From the NCBI GenBank assembly GCA_964187785.1, contig OZ076409.1:21330001-21394000 (forward strand): DNA of 64,000 nucleotides. The letters are read 5' to 3'. The notes beneath the pieces were generated by a model. The model was not told the origin of the DNA, ran no database searches, and was given only the letters and a program-made list of their open reading frames with translations. This stretch comes from Amphiscolops sp. MND2022. Taxonomy: Eukaryota. This document shows, in pieces, positions 1-10,700 of the stretch. Positions within the stretch are counted from its first letter, which is position 1; every line of letters begins with the position of its first letter. The position numbers and the translations under genes are program-made.

Positions 1-2
1 TA

Positions 3-1259
3 CAGCCTTGTGCATATTAGTTCGATCACTCTGTCAAATTAGCTTTTGGCTTCAATAAAAACGGATTTGAGACAAAATTTATATTTAAACAGAAAATAAA
101 ACAAACTACAGGAATCAAGGATTGGCTCAGTATCCTATAGGGTATCCACGAGCTTGCAAAACACTCTTTACTCGTCTTGGAAGAGATTCAAACAGTTTTT
201 GAATAAAACTGTCCGGAATTTCATAAAATTCAATTCCTTCTCAGTTTTTTCCCACAAATCATCCAGTGTTGCACATTGATACCGCTCCAGGCGTTGTTTA
301 AGAACTCCCCAGCAGTTTTCAAAAAAGTTGAGGTCTGGTGACCTAGCGGGCCAGTCCGGGGCTACCGCAACGCCAAATTTTTGACTTCATTAGACTTATG
401 GCATGGAGCTTTCTCCTGCTGTAGAACTTGGTCATCCTGCATTAAGGGAAGAATATATGATTTCAGTATGTCAATATAACTACTGGAAGACCAGATGGCG
501 CCAAAAACCATAACTTTCTTCGAACCTCCAGGCGTTTTTGTCGAAAGATATTTTGTCTTGTATCTTTCCTGTGCCCCAGCTGGACGCCTGACAAACTGTA
601 TGTGTCTTCCGGATAGTTGTATGCAACTCTCGTCGGAAAAAATAAGTTTGTCCCAATCTTGAGCCGAATTATTTTTCACAGATCGGCACCATTCAAATCT
701 TGCTTTTGCGTGAAATTTGAATAAAAGTGATTTTCGCGCTGCTTTTAGTCCGTTGAGTCCTTGTTTTATCAAAAAACAGCGGACAGTTGAATGATGCACC
801 TTGTGTCCATCTGTCCAGTCTCTTTGTAGCTGTTTTGATGTTAATTTTGGGCAAAATCGGGCAAGTCTTACGAGAAACGATCGCGATTTTTGGCTTGTTT
901 TGGGCGTCCTCCCTGGTCTCCGCAAAGGCGACAGCGTTCCTACCATTCGATAATGCGAAATAATATTGGAAAGTGTTGCTTGTGGTACTAATAGCATTTT
1001 CGAAAATTGCCGTTGGCTATATTTTTCCCGCGTTTTTTGAAAGATCAATTTTCTGACACATTCAGACACTGTTTTGCCTGGCAATATTGCTTTGCTAACC
1101 GCACAGAAATTCAAACTGACAACTTGGTGGAAAGCAACAGTGTATGTGTTGTTAAAATACAAGGAAGTTAAATGTTCGGCGTGAAATCAAAACGTGAAAA
1201 AATTAAATTAAACAGTGTGTGAAAATAGACAAATGATCGAACTATTATCCACAAGGCTG
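3..1259 (-). mobile_element. Tc1/mariner DNA transposon, full length but degenerate
   Basis: About 26-bp TIRs (CAGCCTTGTGCATATTAGTTCGATCA at 3; TGATCGAACTATTATCCACAAGGCTG ending 1259; 2 mismatches), flanked by TA at 1-2 and 1260-1261. Contains a Tc1 transposase. Confidence 0.95.
130..1162 (-). pseudogene. Tc1-family DD34E transposase, frameshifted with an internal deletion
   Basis: ORF 362-1162 has the HTH region, RPGRTPKT, W..LIFSDES and VMVFGAIW. The catalytic QD is altered (QQEKAPCH). The C-terminal motif DWPARSPDLNFFENCW lies in another frame at about 310-357. Confidence 0.9.
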
Positions 1260-1437
1260 TATTTGCATCCAAATTTTCAGTGAATTCTCGTATAACTCAT
1301 TCGTCATATATAATATATCATTAAATGAGGCATTGTATAACCAAGTGTGAACAACAGTTAACTGAATGTAACAAATTAGTTAATGGAATGAGGCATACTG
1401 AGTAGTTTTCAGTTTTGAACTGAAGTTATTACGAAGT

Positions 1438-1518
1438 GCGAGAGTATTTTGAACTTTCTTGTATTGAGTTTTCCGTGATTGCGAGAGTATTTTGAACTTT
1501 CTTGTGTTGAGTTTTCCG
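1438..1518. repeat. About 43-bp tandem duplication
   Basis: GCGAGAGTATTTTGAACTTTCTTGT[A/G]TTGAGTTTTCCG occurs twice, at 1438 and 1481. Confidence 0.85.
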
Positions 1519-1798
1519 GACCCCCTAAAATTCGAATGAAACTCAATAGGACGAAACTCGATATATAAAATCAAGTTTTTGAAAATTTTCTATTGAAGAT
1601 TCGGATAAATTTTTTGAATCAGTCTTTTAAAATTGCAAATGGTGTACTGTCGGTGAGATATAAGGAGTTATAGAAAACAACTTGGTACCACTTGTATATA
1701 AACTTCCAAAACTTACGTCTTTTTTCCAAAAGACCAACGGCTTTGAATGGTGTAAGACACGTCTATGCAAGATGACATGAGAGTTGGGTTGTTATCAG

Positions 1799-4700
1799 GA
1801 GTCAGCGCATTGGGTGACAGACTGGGGTCTGATAGTGGCCAGTGTGACACTGTTTGTGACCTTCGCCTCCCTCCTGTACCTCATGGAGTTCCTTGACCCC
1901 ACAGAGGTCACTCTGCACTTGCAGCTACTCCTCACCCTCGTCTTCTCCGTCTGCTGTTACCACCTCAGCAAGCTCAAGGTCACCTTGATACTCATTGCCA
2001 TTTAACAAGACCCCAATCTCGAAAGTTATTTTTAATCAAAATTGGCTGCAAACCTTTTAGTTAAAAGCTCATTAATTTATTGCAATGCAAGTTACCAAAA
2101 CTCATGCGTAATGCCGTTAAAAAGTGGCCCTTTTCTGTCATAATTTCCTTGGGTAGTGTTTGAGATCCTCCCCTTTCAGTTTTTTCGGCATTATGAGACC
2201 TTCAATTTTTTGATATTTTGCAACAAAGGATTTTGAAAAATGCGAAAGGGTCCACTTTTAGCCGGGGCCCTTTTTCGGTTCAACCTTTTGGGTTTTTCAG
2301 GTACTGTAGAAGAGTATACTTTGACACTTTGAAGTCCTTTTGCTATTTTTGAGCCTTAGATATGGCGCCGACTTCGGCCGGTCCCGGCTTGTTTAAAAAC
2401 ATGATAGTAATGAAATATGTGATACCCCCAAATTTTCAGAAACCGTCTAATTTTTGTATAACAAAATTAGAAGCTCGAACACGGAACAAAAAAGGAAGAA
2501 GACAAACCTAAATTTATTGCCCCTCCTGATTTAAAAGGAAAACAGTTGCTCCTCAAGTAATCCCACCAAAAAATCATCATTTATTCAATTTATTCAGTGG
2601 GAGAACCGTGTGTTGTGTGAGCTGTCAGCGGCCCTGACTCAGTTCTCGCTCCTGTCCTCAGTGGGTGCCCTCTGTTCTGCTGTGTACTTCATGCACCTCG
2701 AGTACAGGGCTCTCAACTACCAACTCCAACCCTCATACAAGTTGCACAGACGCGTCTCTTTCCTCTGGATTCTGTTCCCAGGTTACCTCTGTTTGTTTGT
2801 GTTTGTTTGTTTGTTTGTTTGTTTGTTTGTAACACTCAACTTTTCAATTTTGCTTTTCTTTTCCGTATGAATTTTCCTATAGAAAGAAAGAAATAGGATG
2901 AAGATAATGCAATATTCAATTTCTATCCGGGTCATGTCCAAAGCGCATTTGCCTCAACTTGAACAATTTTTTCCAATATATCATTGAAAAAAAAGAACTT
3001 TCTCAAAATTGTGTGACCCAAGAATTTCCATGTTGAATGGTTTCGTTTTAATAGCAGATGAAGAAATAGGATAAAGATGATGGATGATGCAATATTCCAT
3101 CTGCCATTAAAACGAATCAATTCAACTTTAGAAATTTCTGGGTCACGCAATTTTGAGAAAGTTCTGTTCAAATATATTCAGGAAAAATTGGTTCAAGTTG
3201 AGACAAATGCGATGTTGATATGAACCGGAAATTTCTGCTAACCAAGATGGATTTTCGGAGATTGAAAGTGAAACTAAAGTGCAATTTCCCCATTTCCGAC
3301 ATTAATTTTCCAAGAGTAAAACAATCGTTCAAACATCGTGTCAGCTCAACTCAATCGGCAGTTGAACGTTTTTGACATTATCCTGAGAAACATTGATATG
3401 ATTTTAGCAATCTTACAAAACTAAGTGTTCGGAAGGTGAGCTCGTACGGATACTACTTGAATTTTCAATCAATTTTCGATACACAGTACATACTTTCCAA
3501 AATGTGGACTTCCTAAAATCAGGATAAATTTTCAAGTTGACAGCTGATTAATTGTTTTTATTTTCCGTCCATATTTCATATGGAAAAGGAAAATATTTAA
3601 ATCAGACGAAATCAATTTTTTCCAAGCATCAAATTTATATCCAAGTTAAACGGGTTCACCCATAAAATTCAACTGACGTAAGAATAGTATCATGCGATAT
3701 GTATTTGTAGAGATTTTTGGACTTCTTTGGTTGACGCCAAATTGACCCCAAATATGACAAAAACGGCAATTTTTTCCACTTTTTAACGGTTTTATGCATA
3801 TTTTTTCAATTTTTTTGGTAGATTTGGTGGCTTAGAAAGTGGAAAACATTGAAAGGAAAAATTTCGTTGACCAAGAGGTTTGTTTGAAGAAATAAAAGTA
3901 ATTTTTCAATGAAAAAATGCCTCAAATTGAGACTGAAATTTGAAAAATCCAAAAAGTTCAGATTTTAAACGTTTTAATGCAATTTTTGTCAAATTTTTGA
4001 TACACTTGCTAGCTTCGAAAGTTAACAAGGTTGAAAGGTCAAATGACCGCAAAGTTGTCGAAAACTCAAAAAATTCAAACTTTTGACGTTTTTAGTGACT
4101 TTTCGTGCAAAATTATAAAAAAAAATTGGTCAGCTTTTAGACAAAAACCAAAAAGGTGTTCAGTGTGTTCTTGAAGTGTTTCCTTCAGAATTGGGTTGAC
4201 TTTAATCAAAAAGTTTCAATTTTTTTCCATCAAACTTCTATGCGTTTTCATAGTGCAAAAGCCACTCTTGAGCCTCAAAAGTATGTCGTTGCTAGAACAG
4301 TTTGGACGGAGAATATCCTGCTGGTCAGTGGGCGTCTTGTTTTTTTCCATGCCTGTAACTTTCGAGTAAAATTATTATTGAAGTCACATTGTTAAACGTT
4401 CCACGCAACGTTTCCTTTTGTGTTAGCATTCAAAAGTCATTTTGTTTCAGGAATAATTTCGGCTCTCATTTTTTTGGCTAACTCCAAAAACATGAATGAA
4501 TGGGGCTTTTGCTTCTTCTATCCCTCTACGCAGTGGATATTTCTCAATGTGACATTCCTCTCAATGTACGGCTTGGCAATTGTTTATTGTTTCCTGAAAT
4601 CTTATCAAAATATCATGAGATACGCCAAACAAACGACCAATCTTCTGGATGAGAAAGACTTACTTTTTCCTACTTTGAAATGCAACGTTCTTCTTTTTCT

Positions 4701-7700
4701 GGGTAAGTACCCAATTCATTAATATCTACAGTGAACACCGATGCAAAAATCTTGAAAACTTAAGAAGACAGCACGTCTGGATTTGAAAGTCATTCATGTA
4801 TATTGGCTTAATTGTCATCATGCGATTAGTTGATCCAAAAAACGGAACGTGCAGAAATTTTCGATCTCTAGAACATTCAAATGTTTGTCAACAAAAGTTT
4901 CATAACATCTTTGAACGCTGCTGTCAATCATTCACATTGGCATCGCTTCGACAAATGTTCGAAACTTTCAGAGCTCAAATATTTTCATGCGTTCCGTGTT
5001 TCACATGTTTTCATCATGTTTCACATGGTACTTTTGTTTCACATAGGTTTCCTTCAATTTTTTGTCTATCATTTTTAAAAAAGGTCGTTACATGATTGCA
5101 TTTTCAACTTAAGATGATTCGAAATAGTCTAGACGTCTTTACCGGTGTTGACGTGGAACTCGTAGAAGATGTTAAAAACAATTGAGGGATGAATGTGAAT
5201 TGATGAATAATTGAGTATTGATAGAACTGTCTTTTAAACTCAGGCTAGAACGCAATGAAGCGTAGCAAATGTTAGACTTTAACAATGTTACTGGTACTTG
5301 TTTACAAATACTGTCTACGATTCATCACTCTACTACATTCCCCCTTTTTGGGCGTAACGTACAAGATTAATAATGTAACTCAAATTAAAATAGTAATTCA
5401 TCAGTTTACTAGGTTATAACTAGCACTGGCAAGTAGTTGTTTATGTTGCGTTTACACTTTTTTTTTTCAGTTTTCTCCAATCGCCTTCGTTTCTTCTTCA
5501 GCTTGCTTCTTCTGGCGCTTTGATATCAGGTCAATCCCATATCGCTTTGGTGGGACGTGCTTCCTCTCCGACATTCTTCTATCCATCTGCCATACTGTGG
5601 TGGCTTTTATGGGGATTGTCACTTTTTCGGGTTTGTTGCTTTCTTTCGGCGCATGATTTTCTTTCTTGACCTCTGTGTCCTTTGATTGTTCTTTAGTTGT
5701 GCTTTCATTTTCCGTTGTAGTCGACGAAATATCGATGATCGAGGGGGGCATTTCTTCGTCAAACTCTATGGCGACTTCAGGGGTTTTTGTTGTTCCCTGA
5801 TTTTGGGTTTTTCCCTTCTTATGCACTGGTTGTTCGGATTCACTTGAACTTGAGGTTTCGTTAATTGTTGCTCTTTTTGCCGCTTTCTTGAGCACCTTCT
5901 TTTGCTCTGACGAGGTGCTTGCGATGTCTCTTTTGGAGAAGATCTTTGGCTGTTTTGCCTTTTCGGGAAGTATCGCAATTGTGTGCGGTGTCTCTTCTAT
6001 CACTTTCCCCGTCTTCCTGGCAAAAGTTGGTTCTAATTTGGAGCCTTTTGTTCGTTCACGGACCAGTATCGTTGAGTCTGTATCATCGTGGAAGTCCGAG
6101 GGTTGGAATTCCAGTTGCGAATCTTGGGCTGAAAAATCCCGAAATTTTCCCACTACATTGGATTTTACAGTATTTGGCTCCCTACCCATGTGCTTCTCAA
6201 ACGGCGATTTCCCGTCCTTTTTCTTACTTATTCTCAGGGAATATAGAATTTCCGACAATCCCGACTTATCTTTGCTAAGAATGATTTGCCTATTCGTTCG
6301 AAGTCTGTCATTTATCGTTCGAATTAATCGTTCGATTTTTCCGTTTCCTCTATGGTCTCCAATCGGACAGATAATGTGGTTTATTCCGAACTTTTCGCAA
6401 AATTGTGTAAACGCTTCACTTACGAATACTGTGCCTGGATCCGTACGTATTTTCTTCGGTACGCCATATTGTGCTATATACTGTTTTAAAAATTCAATTA
6501 CTTTTCTTGTTGTTGGGCTGTGTAAAAATTTTGCGTCTGGCCATCCCGAGAAATGGTCTACCGATACTAACAAATACTTTTTTCCCTTTTTTGCATTTTG
6601 AAAGGGTCCCGCAAAGTCTAGGGCTACTTCTTCATTTTGCTCTTTCACCTCAGGTAGTTTTCCAAATTGCTTTTGTTTCAAAATGTATTTTAAATTCTTA
6701 CCTGCTTCGAGACACTGTTCGCATAACCGTGCCTGGTCAATCACCTCACGGTGAATGCGGGGCCACCAAATGTCTTCGATCATGGCGAGCATTGCATCTC
6801 GGCCAGGATGGCCATAATGAAGGGAACACATGATCATAGATCTCATGGACTGAGGAATGACCAGTCTATTATCCATGTAAAGGAATTCGCGTTCGTCTAG
6901 TGAAAAAGCTTGAAATTTTTCACGCCAAGGCGATGGCAAACGTGTGACGCCGGATTTATTGTAATTTTTTACTAAGCGGATAACTCGCTGGATTAATTTA
7001 TCGGCGTTGTAATTAGCCGGCAAGAGTTTTTCATTTAACGCCTTTATTGACGGGCTTTGACTCATCTTGCGTGTGCGCGCGGTATTACTACAATGGCTCT
7101 TACTTGTTTCCCGCGGATAACGTTCATCCTGCATTTTGATTGGCTGGCGTAGATTAGCTTTATTAATGCGGTTGACAGCATTCGCTTCATTCGCACGTTC
7201 CGTCGATCTGCTTTTCGCTCTGTTTGCTTCGCTGCTATCTAAAACATCATTTAGGCTAATTACGCTATTTACCGTGAACCATTCATTCCAAAGGGTTTCT
7301 GCTTTTATGGATGATCCCTGTAGTTCTGTTGGATGTCGTGATAAATAGTCAGCCATTCCAAGCGTTCTACCTGCTACATGTACAACTTCAAAATCGAATG
7401 GGAGTAATCTATCTACCCATCTTGTTAATCTGCTTGAAAACGTTTTGTTTCCTCTATTTGGCTTCAATACCGACATTAGTGCTTTATGATCAGAGATTAT
7501 TTTAAACTGTACACCATATACATAGTTTCTAAAATGTTCTACAGCCCATACAATTGCTAATAATTCTAATTCATTTATAGAATATTTTGACTCAAAATCT
7601 GTTAAAAACCTAGATGCGAAGCAGATTGGTCTCCACTCACCATTTGTTTGGCTTTGTTGCAAAACTGCGCCTAGTCCTTTTTTGCTTGCGTCACAAATAA

Positions 7701-10700
7701 TTCGAATTTCTTGGTTTCTTTTAAAATGTGACAATTCTACCACCCCTTTTATTTCATCATTAATTTTTACAAATGCGTTTTCATGTTCTATATTCCATGT
7801 CCACTCTGCGTCTTTTTTCAAAATAGTTCTAAATGGAAAACTGATGCTTGCCAAGTTTGGTATAAATTTATTGAATTGGTTAACCGCTCCGAGAAATGAG
7901 CGTAATTGCTTCAAATTTGTTGGTCTCAACCTATCGCTTATTCCCTGGGCCTTTGTATTTATTGGGGAAATGCCCGTTCTCGTTAATTTGAAGCCTAGCC
8001 ATTCTATGCTTTCTTGTGCTATGACGCATTTTTCTGCCTTCAGTTGCAAATTTGCTTCATCCAGAATTTTCATTACTTCTCTCACTTTGTTCAAATGTTC
8101 CTGCTTGGTTCCTTTAGTTACAATTAATATATCATCTATATACACAAATACACTATTTACATTTGCCAACGTGAGATCCATTAGCTTTTGAAATTCTGTC
8201 GGCATTACTGTAAGGCCATAAAATCCCGTTGTAAAGCGATAGGTTCCCGTGGATTTTCCCCCTACAATTTGAAAATTACAATGTCTTTTCGTCAATTCTT
8301 GTAGTGGAATTTGTCCGTAGGCATAAGTCATGTCTACTGACGAATACCACGCCTCACCTTCTTTTTCGTCTAATTTCTCTGCGATCATATCAATTAAATT
8401 ATCTAGGTTAGGCATTTGGTATTTGTCTTTTGCTATAGATTGGTTTAGCGCTCTCGCATCTAAAGCAATTTTCACAGACTTATCCTTTTTGACAGTTATT
8501 ACTGTTGGCTGAATAAACACATCATCTTGAATTTTATCAACTTTCTCAATATGTCCTTCTTTCAATAGCTTTTCAATTTCTTTATCTACTTGATTCTGTA
8601 ACTGGATTGGCACTCGGCGTCCCTTTTGCTGGGTAATTTTCGCATCATTTTTCATTTTAATTTTAATTTCGTAATTCTTCACGCGTCCTTTCCGACAAAA
8701 CAATTTTGGAAATTCCCTCACTAATTGCTGAACCTCGGGATTTTGTTCTTTCCCGGGACTTATCTCACAAATTGATTCTTTACAATTTACATTTTGTTTA
8801 TTTATTTTACACTCACCTCTTTCGGTCGGCTGCGTAATTTTGTAGCGGAGAGCAACTAGCCAATGCCGGCCCACGATTGACTTTCCTGAATTAGGCGCTA
8901 CTAAGACTCGAGCTTTTGAGACTATTACTCCTGCGACCTCAAGTCGTACAAATTGATAGCCCAATAACTTCAGGGGTTTTTTGTTATAGTCGACGTAGTT
9001 TTCTCCTTCAATCATGTCCCTGATCACTACTTTTCTCTCCCCCACTATTTTCTGTAAGTCCCGTTTTGTAAAAATAGAAACTGGCGACCCAGTGTCGATA
9101 ATTGCTTTAAAATAATTGCCACACATTGTCCCTTCCATGTAAAAAGGCTTGCACCCATCGCCATCCACGCGCAATACTAGTTGCTCTTCGTCGTCTTCTT
9201 CTGATTCCTCGTCCGATTCCTCAATATAGTTTACTCTTCGCAAACTCTTTTCATTATCACGAGTCTTCAATCGTTGCATCATCTCCTTCTGTCTTTGTGG
9301 AAACTTCTTATTGCAGCATTTTTCTAGATGCCCAATTATTTTACAAAATTTACAACGATGATTGGTAGCCATGCAGAAATTTACATGTTCCATCGTGAAG
9401 TTTGCAGCCCCACATCTATAGCACTCCCTGGGGTTAGTCTTTTCTACCGCGTAAACCGGCTCGCTCTTTACAGTTGTTTTTGCTGAATCGGCTGCTTGTG
9501 TGCCATAAGCCTTTTGTCGCTTCACTCCTTCTTCGAAAGCAATGGCAAACTCCAATGCTTGCTCCGGCTCTTTTGGCTCTGTGCATAATTTTTCTTGCAC
9601 CTTTTTATTATTCATATGAAGGATAAACATGTCCAGGACTAACGTTGTAGTTATTTCCCCGAAATCACACATGGCTGCCAACCCATTTAGGGCGTGCCAA
9701 AATTGAAATAACGTTTCACCCGGCTGTTGTAATCTTGAAAAGAATCGGTGTCTATCAAGGGTTCGGTTTCTCTTTTTTCGGAAGCATTCAATACATAAGT
9801 TGATCAATTCTAGGGCTTTTAGATTCCATAGGGCTACGTGCGGGTGTTTATCCACGAATTGCTTTCTCGCCGCGTCACCCAATGACAAGTACAGAATACT
9901 AATCACCTTCTTGTTTGCAGGGTCTTCATCAAGGTCCCCCAACAATGTTCGAACCCTGGGAGACTGCTGCGTCGTCTCACGTGTCAACTCCGAAATGGAG
10001 ATGGAATATTTTGCCATCATGGCAACTTGAAACAGATCAAACCACTTGTCCCAATCCATCGTAGGGTTCGTGGTCGCGTCCATCCAGAACACTGGCAGTC
10101 CCGCAAGATGTGACGTTGAGGATGAAGAGGATGACGTTGAAGAATTTTCGGCTCGCAGCGCCATGTTGACGTGGAACTCGTAGAAGATGTTAAAAACAAT
10201 TGAGGGATGAATGTGAATTGATGAATAATTGAGTATTGATAGAACTGTCTTTTAAACTCAGGCTAGAACGCAATGAAGCGTAGCAAATGTTAGACTTTAA
10301 CAATGTTACTGGTACTTGTTTACAAATACTGTCTACGATTCATCACTCTACTACAACCGGTCATTTCGTTATCACTTTTGATGTGTGAGAGTTCTTTCGC
10401 TTTTTAGAAACGATGCTAATTTGAATGATTGACAACAGTGGTCAAATTTGCTTTGAAACGTTTGTTGACAAGTATTTGGAATTTGAGAGCTCGAAAACTT
10501 TTATCCGTTGCGTTTTTTGTTCACCTAGTAGTACTACTAAATTTTATATGACTCACAAAAAACGGCACACGTACAAAAATGTTCAACCTTCAGCGGACTG
10601 ATTTGCTGGTAATTTTTAATTGAAGAGGTCTTCAACCGAGAACGTTGTTTCTGAATCGAGTTGCCATTTCTGATACGTTTGCACGTTTTGATTGACAGAT

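Larger units (their letters stand above)
5146..10355 (-). mobile_element. Full-length Ty3/Gypsy (Mag-like) LTR retrotransposon
   Basis: 192-bp LTRs (TG...CA) at 5146-5337 and 10164-10355, identical by eye. 5-bp TSD ACCGG at 5141-5145 and 10356-10360. PBS TGGCGCTGCGAGCCG and PPT AAAAAGGGGGAA on the - strand. Confidence 0.98.
4830..10525. mobile_element. Old long-inverted-repeat (foldback) element split by the Gypsy insertion
   Basis: About 4830-4980 is a diverged reverse complement of about 10377-10525, e.g. TTGTCAACAAAAGTTTCA / TGAAACGTTTGTTGACAA and TGTCAATCATTCACATTGGCATCG / CGATGCTAATTTGAATGATTGACA. Confidence 0.75.

Noticed and set aside
4727..4750. TACAGTG... as the left TIR of a Tc1 element containing the Gypsy
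   Set aside because: No matching right TIR found near the Tc1 relic at 10800-11230.
5766..10199. Many antisense or overlapping ORFs within the Gypsy element (e.g. 5888-6601 +, 7682-8191 +)
   Set aside because: Shadow ORFs of the long gag-pol frame, with no motifs and no env-like ORF.
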